NCBI GenBank assembly: GCA_963734495.1
Contig: CAVTHK010000001.1
Coordinates: forward strand, 128,001 to 192,000
DNA: 64,000 nucleotides
Origin: an uncultured Spirochaetota bacterium
Lineage (GTDB): Bacteria; Spirochaetota; Spirochaetia; SZUA-6; CAVTHK01
Direction of reading: 5' to 3'
Numbering within the stretch: position 1 is the stretch's first letter; every line of letters begins with the position of its first letter. The position numbers and the translations under genes are program-made. The notes beneath the pieces are model-generated. The model saw nothing but the letters and a program-made list of their open reading frames with translations, did not search any database and had not been told where the DNA came from. Shown piece after piece: positions 21,408 to 31,545 of the stretch.

Positions 21408-21474
21408 ATTTAGTCATGACTTAATTAGACTTTTCGCACCCCTAATAATATTAGATGCCTGAAATGATCGTCAA
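21408..21474 (-). promoter_or_regulatory. mntH promoter with DtxR/MntR/TroR-like operator(s)
   Basis: AT-rich island; near-perfect palindrome ATTTAGTCATGACTTAAT (21408-21425), two weaker boxes, and TTGACG at 21474-21469. Confidence 0.65.
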
Positions 21475-21599
21475 TATGAAGGCTGCTGCCCGCCCGAAGC
21501 GTCGCAATCGGGGCATCCAGCTCCATCGACTTGATTCCGAGCCGGCGGCAGGTCGAGGATACGGCTGCCGCGGCTCTCCCGCGGCGAGGCGGACCATTG

Positions 21600-22397
21600 A
21601 TGTCTCTGCAGCAGCTTCCTGAGCAGGTGCGGGCAGTCGCCGAGGATCTCCTCCCCTGGCTGCAGCGGATGGTCGAAGGCAGGCACGCGGTCGCCCTCGG
21701 AGGGTCACTCGGAAAGAAAGCGGCCGACGCACGCTCCGACCTCGACTTCCGGCTCTTCTACGACCGGCTCGAACCCGACGAGCCGCGCCTCGAAGCCTGC
21801 CGCGGGGAGCTGAAGGCCCGGATCGAAGCGTGGGTCGGCCGCGGCGTGAAGGTCGACGGCTACTGGCCCCGCAGGATCGCGGACATCGAAGCCGCCCTCG
21901 AGGGGCAGCTCGCGGGCCAACCTCCCGAGCCGATGGTCTGGAGCGTGTGGGGCTACCATCTCCTCACGGACCTCTCCAACCTGCTCGTCGTGAGCGACCC
22001 CTGGGGGGTCGTCCGCGCCTGGAGCGAGCGACTGGCGGTGTTCCAGCCCGCTCTCAGGGCGGCCCTCATCGACAGGCACGGCAAGACGCTGCGCTACTGG
22101 CGCGGCGACTATCACTACGCGAGCAAGGCGGAGCGCGGCGACCCCGTGTTCTGTCATGGGCTGGCGACGACTCTGATCCACGCGGTCTTCCAGGTCCTCT
22201 TCGCGCTGAACGAGGTCTACTACGTCGGCGACGGGCGGAACCTCGAGTGCGCGAGCGCCTTCAGCATCCTGCCGCGTGATTTCGAGGCCCGTGTCAGGGC
22301 CGCGCTCTCCGCCGCAGACTCGGCGGCCGCGCTGCGGCGCCAGCGGGAGACGCTCATCGGGCTCATCGACGACGTGCTCGCCCTCGTCCGGGAATAG
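21600..22397 (+). CDS. Nucleotidyltransferase-fold protein (DUF4037-like)
   Basis: LGGSLGKKAADARSDLD (GS...DxD); C-terminal VLFALNEVY. Confidence 0.75.
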   Translation: MSLQQLPEQVRAVAEDLLPWLQRMVEGRHAVALGGSLGKKAADARSDLDFRLFYDRLEPDEPRLEACRGELKARIEAWVGRGVKVDGYWPRRIADIEAALEGQLAGQPPEPMVWSVWGYHLLTDLSNLLVVSDPWGVVRAWSERLAVFQPALRAALIDRHGKTLRYWRGDYHYASKAERGDPVFCHGLATTLIHAVFQVLFALNEVYYVGDGRNLECASAFSILPRDFEARVRAALSAADSAAALRRQRETLIGLIDDVLALVRE

Positions 22398-22426
22398 AAA
22401 GGCTCCCCGGGGCGGCCCGGGGAGCC
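22398..22426 (-). terminator. Terminator hairpin between convergent genes
   Basis: GGCTCCCCGGG / CCCGGGGAGCC perfect 11-bp stem, TTT on minus strand. Confidence 0.7.
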
Positions 22427-22449
22427 AGGAAACGAGGAGGCGGCGCTCT

Positions 22450-23085
22450 TTACCGGAAGCGCGCGGGGAACTGCTTCACGATGCCGTCCGCGAGCATGTC
22501 GGAGAACTTCAGCATGTGCTCGTGGCCTGCGTCGTAAGCCTGCATGTCCGCGGCCCAGTCGCCCTTGAGTCGCGATACGACCTCGGTCGTCGTGTACCCG
22601 AGGTGCATGTCGAGCATCATGGCGAGATCGGACTTCGACCAGTTCGGGTTCGCAGCGGCGAGGAACGCGGCGATCTCCCGGGCGTTGAGGGCCCACGCCG
22701 CCTCGCCCTTGTCCACTCCGCGCGCGTCGCCGGCCTTTGCCGCCGCGACGATGTCGGCCGCGATCAGGATGTGCTCGCGCAGCAGCTTTGCGAGCTTCGC
22801 CCCCGCCGCCTGGCCGTAGAACGGCGCGACGGCCGCCCCCAGGTCGTCCTGGTTCCGCAGGAGCCGCTGGGCGACCGCCCCCGCGTCGGGCAGCCCGGCG
22901 AGCGAGCTGATGATGAAGGTCCGGGTGTAGACGATGTGCTCCTCCCAGAGCTTGCGCAGGGCGGAGTGCAGGTCGACCTCCGTGGAGGTGTAGGTCGCCT
23001 GGTCCAGTGCCCCGGCCGAAGCGGCAGCCAGCAGGCAGGCGAGCACGAGGCCCGGCAGAGCGAGACGAGACAGTGATCTTTTCAT
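22450..23085 (-). CDS. Exported His-rich helical-bundle protein of unknown function
   Basis: AAGGAG RBS, signal peptide; LWEEH, LLREH, MLDMH, HEHM helices; ends GIVKQFPARF. Confidence 0.8.
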   Translation of the reverse strand: MKRSLSRLALPGLVLACLLAAASAGALDQATYTSTEVDLHSALRKLWEEHIVYTRTFIISSLAGLPDAGAVAQRLLRNQDDLGAAVAPFYGQAAGAKLAKLLREHILIAADIVAAAKAGDARGVDKGEAAWALNAREIAAFLAAANPNWSKSDLAMMLDMHLGYTTTEVVSRLKGDWAADMQAYDAGHEHMLKFSDMLADGIVKQFPARFR

Positions 23086-23111
23086 GACAACTCCTTCTAT
23101 GGCGGGGAAGG

Positions 23112-23183
23112 TATCGTCGCCAAACATAATAAGTCCAGTAATATTTTTACTTATTTGACTATTCCCCAGCGCCGGCGTATCCT
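23112..23183. promoter_or_regulatory. Divergent promoters with inverted-repeat operator
   Basis: TTGACT-17-TATCCT (+) 6 nt before ATG 23190; TGGACT-18-TACCTT (-); AATAAGT-N14-ACTTATT at 23128-23155. Confidence 0.65.
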
Positions 23184-23189
23184 TGCCCC

Positions 23190-23819
23190 ATGGTAGACAG
23201 GGAAAGCCCCGAGGCATCGAACGCCCAGGAAAGGGTGATCCGGCTGCTGGCGCGCGGCGCGCAGACCGTCGACCAGCTGGCCGCCGGCCTGGACATCACG
23301 CCCAACGCCGTGCGCGCGCAGCTCGCCCTGCTGCGGCGCGAGGGCATTGTCGAGGAAGCCGGGCGGGCGCGCGGCGCCCGCAGGCCGTCGGTCATCTACA
23401 GGCTGCGGAAGGGCGCCGAGGTACGGCTCTCGCGCGCCTACCCGCTGGCCTTTGCGCGGCTGGTGGAGACGGCGGCGGACAAGCTGCGCCCCGCGGCCTT
23501 TGTCGAGCTGCTTCGCGCCGCCGGGCGGCGGATGGCCGCGGCGTTCCTGCCCGGCTCGGGCGACGCGGGCGAGCGGGCCGCCGCAGCCGCCTCGGCCCTC
23601 GAGAAGCTCGGCTCCCGGGTGCGGGTCACGAGGCAGGGCGCGAAGTTCCTCCTGCGCGGCGACGCCTGTCCCCTCGGCGAAGCGGTCGCGGCGGACGAGA
23701 GGACGTGCGCGGCCATGGCCGCGATGCTCGAGGAGGTGACGGGGCTCGAGGTGCGCGAGTGCTGCGAGCACGGGGACCACCCCCGCTGCGGATTCGAGCT
23801 CCGCGCCCGCAGAGGGTAG
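23190..23819 (+). CDS. ArsR/SufR-like winged-HTH regulator with Cys-rich C-terminus
   Basis: TVDQLAAGLDITPNAVRAQL HTH, RRPSVIY wing; DACP...TC...ECC...RC. Confidence 0.85.
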   Translation: MVDRESPEASNAQERVIRLLARGAQTVDQLAAGLDITPNAVRAQLALLRREGIVEEAGRARGARRPSVIYRLRKGAEVRLSRAYPLAFARLVETAADKLRPAAFVELLRAAGRRMAAAFLPGSGDAGERAAAAASALEKLGSRVRVTRQGAKFLLRGDACPLGEAVAADERTCAAMAAMLEEVTGLEVRECCEHGDHPRCGFELRARRG

Positions 23820-23833
23820 AGCAGGGCGCTCCG

Positions 23834-25153
23834 CTATGCGAGCAGCTCCGTCATCGGGACGCCGTCCGCGTCGGGCAGCGGCACGCCGAGGATCTTTGCA
23901 AAGGTGGGCGCCTGGTCCACGATCGGTCGACGCTCGAGCACCGCGCCGTCCCTGAAATCCGGTCCCCTCGCGATGAACACGGGTTGCGGTCCCCTGTCGG
24001 GCAGATAGCCGTGCGTGGCCATACCGTAGCGGAAATCCGAGAGGTCGATGTTCTGGATCACGGGCCTGACGCACGATTCGCTGAATGAGGTGTAGCCGTC
24101 CGTCTCGAGCACGAAAGAGAAGCCGCCGTCGAGACGCTCCTCCTTCCTGACCTCTTCGCGGGTGAACACACGCGTGAACCCGTAGATGCCCTCGGCGCAC
24201 ATCCGCGTGAGCAGGTCGTGCACTTCGCCGCGGGTCTTCGCGTCGCCGGGATCCTTGAGATACACCAGAGCCGACATCGCGTTCGAGAAGCAGTACGCTT
24301 TGTAGTCGAGCACCTTTCCCTCGGGGGAAACGCGTATGAACCCGTGATCGGCGAGGAACACGTTCGGCTTGATGATCCGGGTCAGGTTCATCTGACCGTG
24401 GTCGCTCAGCATGACGATGTTGGTTTCGTCGAGGACACCCGCATCCTCGAGCGCCGACACGAGCTGCCCGAACCAGAGGTCGACCTTCCTGATGCCTTCG
24501 GTCACGGCGTCGTTGAAGAGCCCGTTCTTGTGGCGCGCGCTGTCCATGTACGCGTTGTGGAGGAACGTCACCTCGGGTCTGTACGTCCGGAGGATGTCGC
24601 AGGCGCAGGTGACGAGAAAATTGTCGATGAACGGCTGGATCGTCACGTTCGCCCTGCCCGTCTTGACGTACGACGGGGGCAGCAGGTTCGCGTTCTTCCT
24701 GATGATCGGGATCACGGCTTCGCTCGAGCCGACGTGCCTGAAAGAGCTTTCCAGCGTGTCGCCGGGATACGGCATCCAGTACTCGTCGATGAGGTAGTCG
24801 ACGTCCGGGTGGCGGCCCGTGACCGGCCAGAAGATGGCGGCGGTGGAGTACCCGCCCCTCTTTGCGGCCGTAAAGAGGTCGGGCACTCTGATCTCACTGG
24901 CGAACCAGAGCCAGGTCTCTTCCTTGTTCCCGGTCGTGAACTCGAAATTGCTGCACAGGCCGTGCTTGTCCGGATAGCAGCCGGTCGTGATGCTCACGTG
25001 GGCAGGATACGTGACCGAAGGGTAGATCGTGCGCACCGTCCGGACCTCGCTGCCCCCCGCGAGGTGCTTCCTGAAGTTGGGCAGTGTCCTGAGAACCTCG
25101 ATGTCCTCGCGGACCAGCGCATCCACCGAAAACACCAGAAGCCTTTTCTTCAT
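23834..25153 (-). CDS. Nucleotide pyrophosphatase/phosphodiesterase (alkaline phosphatase superfamily)
   Basis: FSVDAL, PSVTYPAHVSITTG, DSARH, SDHGQ, THGY. Confidence 0.9.
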   Translation of the reverse strand: MKKRLLVFSVDALVREDIEVLRTLPNFRKHLAGGSEVRTVRTIYPSVTYPAHVSITTGCYPDKHGLCSNFEFTTGNKEETWLWFASEIRVPDLFTAAKRGGYSTAAIFWPVTGRHPDVDYLIDEYWMPYPGDTLESSFRHVGSSEAVIPIIRKNANLLPPSYVKTGRANVTIQPFIDNFLVTCACDILRTYRPEVTFLHNAYMDSARHKNGLFNDAVTEGIRKVDLWFGQLVSALEDAGVLDETNIVMLSDHGQMNLTRIIKPNVFLADHGFIRVSPEGKVLDYKAYCFSNAMSALVYLKDPGDAKTRGEVHDLLTRMCAEGIYGFTRVFTREEVRKEERLDGGFSFVLETDGYTSFSESCVRPVIQNIDLSDFRYGMATHGYLPDRGPQPVFIARGPDFRDGAVLERRPIVDQAPTFAKILGVPLPDADGVPMTELLA

Positions 25154-25264
25154 CGTCGAGCTCCACTGTTGATGACTCTGCGCCCGTCAGCATACGGAGC
25201 GCGGGTTGACCGGGAGGCCGGGGCCGGCGTGCGGCGCGCCGCCGGCTGCCTCGGCCGTTCGCAG

Positions 25265-25497
25265 TCACTTTCTGACAGCGGCGCGCACCTCGTCCAGGAG
25301 TCTCATGGTTCCCACGGCGTCCTCGATGGTGCAGGCCGGCTTCGTTCCGGCACGTGGTAGAAGGCGGCAAAGCGGGCGAGGCTCGCGGCGCTGACGTCGC
25401 GTGCGGCGACCAGTTCCACGGGCATGTTCTTCATCGTCGGATACGGGACGTTGTACGTGTGCGCCCCGAGGCCGACCAGTCCGAGCCGCAATTTCAC
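25265..25497 (-). pseudogene. Internally deleted Gfo/Idh/MocA oxidoreductase remnant
   Basis: AGGAG RBS, GTG, KLRLGLVGLG...VELVAARD...FAAFYHVP joined out of frame to AGTKPACTIEDAVGTMRLLDEV-stop. Confidence 0.7.
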
Positions 25498-25534
25498 CCC
25501 GAATGCTCCTGTCGCGGTTTGCAGCCGCCGCAAA

Positions 25535-25580
25535 GGCAGGAAGCGCGATCGAGTGTACCGGGGCGCGCGCGGACGCGCAA
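25535..25580 (-). promoter_or_regulatory. Promoter and LacI-like site upstream of the remnant
   Basis: TTGCGC-17-TACACT; GGCAGGAAGCGC at 25535-25546. Confidence 0.5.
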
Positions 25581-25607
25581 CCTGCATGTAGGCAGGCAGG
25601 CCCGCGG

Positions 25608-27625
25608 CTATGTCCCGGTCCGCCCGAACGCTTCGGCGACCTGCGCGCCCTTGCGCACGTAGACCGGGATGCGGGCGAGCGGGGCCTCGACCAGCAGCCA
25701 CTCGCCCGAGGGCGGCGTCTTGCCGGTCCAGGCGTCCACCCAGACGGCACCTGCCGGCAGGTAGACGCGGCGCGACCGCGCTCCGTGCGCGGTCACGGGG
25801 GCGGCCAGAATGTCCGGCCCGAACAGCAGCTCGTCGTCGATGTCGTACAGCGGGGCCTCGCCGGGGTAATCGAAGAAGACCGGTCGCATGGGGGGGACGC
25901 CCGTCGTCGCGGCGGCCTTCATTTGATCCTTGATGTAGGGACGCAGGCGCTCGCGGAGGAACAGCAGCCCCTTGATGATCTCGTACGCCTCGTCGCCGAA
26001 GGACCAGATCTCGTTCGGGCCGGCGTTCTTGAGGTCCCACGAGTTGCGGAACCCGTGCAGACGGAAGACCGGGCAGAAGAGGCCCCACTGGAACCAGCGC
26101 ACGATGAGCTCGCGGAACGCCGGGTCGGAGACGTCGCCGCCGAAGAAGCCGCCGATGTCGGTCGTCCACCAGGGGATGCCGGCCATGGCCATGTTGAGCC
26201 CGTTCTTGACCTGCTGCGCGAGCACCTCGAAGGTCGACGAGATGTCGCCGGACCACACGCACGCGCCGTACTTCTGGCTGCCGGCCCACGCGCTGCGGCA
26301 GAGGTTGATCGGGAGCTCCTCGCCGGCCGCCTTCATCCCTTCGTAAAAGGCACGCTCTTCGTACAGGGGATAGAGCGACGACACCTTGGCGCCGTTGCCG
26401 ATCGCATAGCGCATGTTGTGCGTGTCGTACGGGTTGACCTCGGGCTCGCACTCGTCGAGCCAGAACAGGCGCACGCCGCGGTCCCGGTAGTTGCGCTTGA
26501 CGATGTCCCAGACATAGCGCCGCGCCTCGGGGTTCGTGAAGTCGACGAAGTGCAGGTACTTCACGCCGGCGTAGGTGTCGGTGAAGCGCATGAAGACCGG
26601 GAGGCTCGCCTCCGCCCGCACGAGGTAGCCGCGGTCGAGCATCTCCTGGAAGTGCGGAGCTGTCGCCGTTGACCGTGGGCCAGATCGAGACCATGGTCTC
26701 GATGCCCATGCTCCTTGAGCTCCCGGAGCATGCCCTCGGGGTCGGGCCAGCACTTCGGGTCGAAGTCCCACTCGCCCATCATGGCCCAGTGGAAGAAGTC
26801 GATGACGATCACCGACATCGGCAGGCCGCGCTTCTTGTGCTCCCGGGCTGTTTCCATGAGCTCGTCGCGGTTCCTGTAGCGCAGCTTGCACTGCCAGAAA
26901 CCCATGGCCCAGTCGGGCATCATGGTCGGGAAGCCCGTGAGGCGCGCGTAGTTCTCCGCGACCTCCGCCGGCGTCCCGCCGCCTAACACGAAGTAGTCGA
27001 GCTGGTCGGTCTTCTCCGCGACCCAGTACGTGCCGTTGGCGGCGAGCTCGACGCGGCCGTACGCCGGGTTGTTCCAGAAGAAGCCGTAGCCCTTCGACGA
27101 GTACGTCACGGGGACGACCGTGTGCGAGTTCATCTGGCGCAGCTCGAGGACGCACCCCTTGAGGTTCAGAAACCCGTTCTGGTTGTGGCCGAGGCCGTAG
27201 AGCTTCTCCGCCGGGTCCGCCCGGAAGCGCGCCTCGACGCGGAAGCTGCCGGGCTCGATGCCGCGCAGGCTGTGGCCGGGGTCGGGCAGGACGCCGAGGG
27301 AGCGCTTTTCCTCGAGCAGCGTGCGGCCGCTACGGGCCTGAAAGAACCGCAGCGGCGCCTCGTCGCCGTTGAATGCGAACGCGTACGCCTTGTCGATCGC
27401 GACGCCGATCCTGCCGTTGACGAGCGTGATCTCCTTGTCCGTCTCGGCGACCTGGGGGGCGAGTGACTCGTCCTTCGCGTTGATCGCCCAGTCGAAAGGC
27501 TCGAAGCTGTCGGCCAGGGTGGCGCGCACGCGGATGCAGTCGCGGCTCCACGCCTCCACCCTCAGCGTCTCGCCCCGGTAGCGCCGCTCGAAGTAGTCGC
27601 GGCCCGAGCCGAAGAGAGCAGGCAT
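25608..27625 (-). CDS. Glycoside hydrolase family 31 (alpha-xylosidase-like), frameshifts near 26710 and 26655
   Basis: LYGLG, GFWQCKLRY, VIDFFHW, WLDECEPE nucleophile, WSGD acid/base, TDIGGF, FRLHG. Confidence 0.92.
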
Positions 27626-27635
27626 AGGGCTCCTC

Positions 27636-28862
27636 CTATCGCGGTTGAGAGCGGATCGGCGACTCTCCGAGCGAGAGCGCCACGACGACGCACAGCGCCG
27701 TGAGCAGGACCAGCCCGAGCAGCGGCGGCGCCATCGAGCCCCCCGCGCCCTTGAACGCGTCCATCCCGAAGATGAAGACGATGCCCGCCAGGTTCCCCGC
27801 CATGAGCAGCAGCGTGTTGGACGTCCCTTCCGGGGCCGGCAGCGTGATCTCCGCGCCATACTGGAACCCGATGGGGCCGGAGCTGAGCAGGAAGAACCCG
27901 AAGACGAAGGCCGAGGCGAGGAGGGCCGGGTACCGGCCGGCGTACGCGAGGCCGAGGAGGCCCGGGATCATTCCCGCGAGCGAGATGACCAGGAAGGGCT
28001 TGCGCCGCCGCGTCGCGTCGGACACGAGGGGCATGACGATCGCCCCCGCGATGCCGCCCGCGAGCATGACGCCCCCGGCGATCCCCGCCTGCGCGGCATC
28101 GAAGCCCCGCGGCGCCACGATCTGCTCGATCCACGTGGTCACGCCGTTGAAGATCCCCAGACCGACGAAGAAGACGAGGAGGAGCAGCACGAAGTCGCGC
28201 TTGCGGAGCATGCTCCGCAGCCCGTCCAGCACGAGGCTGCGCGCCTCGGCCCCCTCGGGCGACGGCGGCGTCGGCGGCCGCTCGCGGGCGAGCGCGGCAA
28301 AGGCGGCGGCCGCCGCCGCCGAGGCGACGCCCCACACGAGGAGCATGCCCCGCATGCCCGCCGCGGCGAGGAGGACGGGCGTGACGGCCACGCCGGCGAG
28401 GATGCCGAGGTAGATCGCCAGCGTCCCCAGGCCGGCTGCCGTCGCCCGCTCCCGCGGCGGGAACCAGTGCGCCGCCATCTTCGTGATCGCGCCGAGCACG
28501 AAAGGCTGCCCGACCGCGATCACGATCTGGAACGCGAACACCGCCGCAAAGCTCGCGGCGAAGATTCCGCGACCGAGCGCCCCGACCGCGGTCAGGAGCG
28601 CGCCGATCGTGACCGCGGCGCGGAAGCCCAGCGAGTCGATCGCCCAGGCCGAGGGCAGGAAGATGAGGACGTAGACGGCCATGAAGCTCAGCGAGAGCAG
28701 CCCGACCGCCAGCTCGCCGGCCCCGTAGAACGCGGCGGTGTCCGTGGTGATCGCGGCGAAGGTGATCCAGCAGAGCTGGTTCAGCGCGGTCACGGCCATG
28801 AACACGGCCAGCACGACCCAGCGGTAGCCGTAGACCTTCGGGACCGGAGGCCTGTCGCTCAT
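27636..28862 (-). CDS. MFS transporter
   Basis: YRWVVL, about 12 hydrophobic segments, IDSLGFR, WFPPRERATA, SDATRRRKP. Confidence 0.9.
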   Translation of the reverse strand: MSDRPPVPKVYGYRWVVLAVFMAVTALNQLCWITFAAITTDTAAFYGAGELAVGLLSLSFMAVYVLIFLPSAWAIDSLGFRAAVTIGALLTAVGALGRGIFAASFAAVFAFQIVIAVGQPFVLGAITKMAAHWFPPRERATAAGLGTLAIYLGILAGVAVTPVLLAAAGMRGMLLVWGVASAAAAAAFAALARERPPTPPSPEGAEARSLVLDGLRSMLRKRDFVLLLLVFFVGLGIFNGVTTWIEQIVAPRGFDAAQAGIAGGVMLAGGIAGAIVMPLVSDATRRRKPFLVISLAGMIPGLLGLAYAGRYPALLASAFVFGFFLLSSGPIGFQYGAEITLPAPEGTSNTLLLMAGNLAGIVFIFGMDAFKGAGGSMAPPLLGLVLLTALCVVVALSLGESPIRSQPR

Positions 28863-28899
28863 TCTGCGTCTCCTGTCGCGGCGGCCGCCCCGGCCCGTG

Positions 28900-29703
28900 C
28901 TACCGGGCGATCCAGGCCTCGTGCAGCTTCGGGACGTCCGCGAGCAGCCGCCGCGTGTATTCGTGCGCCGGCTCCCGGATGATGCGTTCAGCGGGGCCGG
29001 TTTCCTTGATCTCGCCTTCCTGCATGATGAGCATGGTGTCGCTCACGTAGTAGGCCAGCGCTATGTCGTGAGTGACGAACGCGATCATCATGTCGTTGCC
29101 CTCGCGCAGCTTGAGCAGCATCTCGAGGATCGTGGCGCGGGAGCACGCGTCGACCATCGAGGTCGGCTCGTCCGCGATGAGGATCGTGGGCTTGACGAGG
29201 AAGATGCGGGCGATCATGAGGCGCTGCATCTGGCCGCCCGAGAGCTCGAAGGGGTACTTGTTGTGCACCTCGTCGTACTCCAGGTTCACGAACCCGCACG
29301 CCTCGCGAAGCAGGGCGCGGCGCTCCCCGGACGAGGGCCTCAGGCCCTTGAGCCTGAGGCAGTCGACGAGCACCTTCTCCACGCTGTGGAACTGGTTGAA
29401 GGACGCGAAGGGGTCCTGGAACACCCCTTGAGCCTCGCGCCAGTACTCTCGCCTGCGCGCGAGCGTCGAGAGGTCGATCGGCCGGCCCCGGTAGTGGATC
29501 TCGCCCGTGGTCGGGGCGAGCAGGCCCAGGATCATCTTGGCGAGCGTGGTCTTGCCGCTTCCGCTCTCGCCGACGATGGTGATGATCTCGCCGCGATGGA
29601 ACGCGAAGCCGACGTTCCTGACGGCCACGACGCGGCGCCTGCCCCACCCGAAGACCCGCGTGAGGCCCCGTCCCTCGAGCACGACTTCACTGCTGATCGG
29701 CAC
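28900..29703 (-). CDS. Opp/Dpp-type ABC ATP-binding subunit (OppF-like)
   Basis: GESGSGKT, FQDP, LSGGQMQR, ADEPT. Confidence 0.92.
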   Translation of the reverse strand: MPISSEVVLEGRGLTRVFGWGRRRVVAVRNVGFAFHRGEIITIVGESGSGKTTLAKMILGLLAPTTGEIHYRGRPIDLSTLARRREYWREAQGVFQDPFASFNQFHSVEKVLVDCLRLKGLRPSSGERRALLREACGFVNLEYDEVHNKYPFELSGGQMQRLMIARIFLVKPTILIADEPTSMVDACSRATILEMLLKLREGNDMMIAFVTHDIALAYYVSDTMLIMQEGEIKETGPAERIIREPAHEYTRRLLADVPKLHEAWIAR

Positions 29704-30700
29704 GTCCGTAGTACTCCCTCAGCGTCGCCGCGGAATGGATGCACCGGTACATGCGCCCGTCGAGCCGCACCGGATCGATCGCGTGCTCGCGGCACTCGGG
29801 CCGGACATGGGGGCAGCGGTCGGCGAACGCGCAGCCGCGGATGCGCTGCTTGAGGTTGGGCGGCGCTCCCGGCATCGCCACGAGGGCCCGGCCCTTGATG
29901 TCCGCCTCCGCGACGATGATCGAGCCCATCAGGGCGTTGGTGTACGGGTGCAGGGGGCGGAAGATCACCTCTTCGACCCTGCCCTTTTCCACGATCCGGC
30001 CCGCGTACATCACCATGACGTCGTCCGCCACGTGGCGCAGGAGCGGAAGCTCATGCGTGATAAAGATCATCGACTTGACGAACCCGCGCTCGAGGAGGTC
30101 GAGGAGCATGCGGATGACCACCTTCTGCGAGCTCACGTCGAGCGCGGACGTCGGCTCGTCCGCGATGAGGACGGCGGGGTTGAGGATCGTCGAGATCGCG
30201 ATGACGGTCCGCTGCTTCATGCCGCCCGAGAGCTCGTTCGGGTAACTGGACAGCACCCGCTCGGGAAGGTTGAGCGTCTTGAAGCGCGCAAACGCGAGGT
30301 CCCGTATGGAGTCCCGCGGCTCGCCGGGGAGGTGCTCGCGGATGACGTCCTCGATGAAGCGGATGATCCGGCGCGTCGGGTTCAGCGCGTTCATCGCGGC
30401 CTGCGGGATGTAGGCGATCTCGCGGCCCAGGAACTGCACCCTGAGCTCCTCGTAAGGCAGCTTCATGATGTCGGTGCCGCGGAGCTCGATCGCGCCGCTC
30501 GCGAAGTGCAGCGGCGGGAAGTAGAAGCCCATCAGGCTCAGCGCCAGCGTGGACTTGCCGCACCCGCTTTCGCCCGCGATGCCCGTGATCCTCCCCTCCT
30601 CGAGCGAGAGCGAGACGCCGCTCACCGCGTAGACCTCCTCGTTGGTGCGCGTCCGGTAGAACGTGTGAAGGTCCTTGACCTCGAGGAGGGGCGACGCCAC
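29687..30700 (-). CDS. Opp/Dpp-type ABC ATP-binding subunit (OppD-like)
   Basis: GESGCGKS, LSGGMKQR, ADEPTSALD, HPYT, C-terminal GCAFADRCP. Confidence 0.92.
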   Translation of the reverse strand: MASPLLEVKDLHTFYRTRTNEEVYAVSGVSLSLEEGRITGIAGESGCGKSTLALSLMGFYFPPLHFASGAIELRGTDIMKLPYEELRVQFLGREIAYIPQAAMNALNPTRRIIRFIEDVIREHLPGEPRDSIRDLAFARFKTLNLPERVLSSYPNELSGGMKQRTVIAISTILNPAVLIADEPTSALDVSSQKVVIRMLLDLLERGFVKSMIFITHELPLLRHVADDVMVMYAGRIVEKGRVEEVIFRPLHPYTNALMGSIIVAEADIKGRALVAMPGAPPNLKQRIRGCAFADRCPHVRPECREHAIDPVRLDGRMYRCIHSAATLREYYGRADQQ

Positions 30701-30702
30701 CG

Positions 30703-31542
30703 CTAGCTCCTGATCTTCGGGTTGAACACCTCGTCCATCCCGGAGTTCATCATGAACAGCGAGAAGGTGATCGAGGCGATGACCAGCGCGGTAGGAATGA
30801 ACGCCCACCAGGCCCCCGCCACGGGGGCCTCGAACAGCAGCGCCCAGTTCATCATGATGCCAAGCGACACGGTGTTGTAGGGGCCGAGGCCCAGCATGGA
30901 GATGCTGGCCTCCTGCAGTATGCCCGAGGCGGTCTGCAGGATGAACGCCATCACCACGTAGGAGGCCAGGTACGGAAAGATCTCCGAGACGATGATGTGC
31001 AGGCTCCCGAAGCCGCTGATGCGCGCGATGTTCACGTGGTCGCGCTGCCGGAGGCTCGAGCACTGGGCGCGCACGGCGCGCGCGGTCCACGGCCAGCTCG
31101 TGAGCCCGATGATCGAGGCGAGGAGGAGCGGGCTGCGCGTGTTGATGCTGACCGAGATGAGGATCAGGATGATGAAGGACGGGATCACGATGAACATGTT
31201 CGTAACGGCGGTGAGGATGTTGTCCACCCTCCCGCCGAGGTAGCCGGCGGCGAAGCCCACGATCAGCCCGATGCTGGTCGCGATGAGCCCTGCGAGCAGC
31301 CCGACGAAGAGCGAGGTGCGGGTGCCGTAGGCGAGCTCGAGCACGACGTCGCGGCCGAAGTTGTCGCTGCCGAGCGGGAGCTTTTGCGACGGCCGCTGGA
31401 ATGCCATCGCGACCATCTCCTTGGGGTCGCCCCGGTCGAACATGGGGTAGACCGCGATCCCGAGCACGATCGCGATGATGACGCCCAGACCGAAGATGAA
31501 CTTGGGCGACCTGAGCAGGATGCGGATGATGTCGGTTCTCAT
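30703..31542 (-). CDS. Opp/Dpp-type ABC permease (OppC-like)
   Basis: LGSDNFGRD, WPWTARAVRAQ, EASISMLGLG. Confidence 0.92.
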   Translation of the reverse strand: MRTDIIRILLRSPKFIFGLGVIIAIVLGIAVYPMFDRGDPKEMVAMAFQRPSQKLPLGSDNFGRDVVLELAYGTRTSLFVGLLAGLIATSIGLIVGFAAGYLGGRVDNILTAVTNMFIVIPSFIILILISVSINTRSPLLLASIIGLTSWPWTARAVRAQCSSLRQRDHVNIARISGFGSLHIIVSEIFPYLASYVVMAFILQTASGILQEASISMLGLGPYNTVSLGIMMNWALLFEAPVAGAWWAFIPTALVIASITFSLFMMNSGMDEVFNPKIRS

Positions 31543-31545
31543 CGC

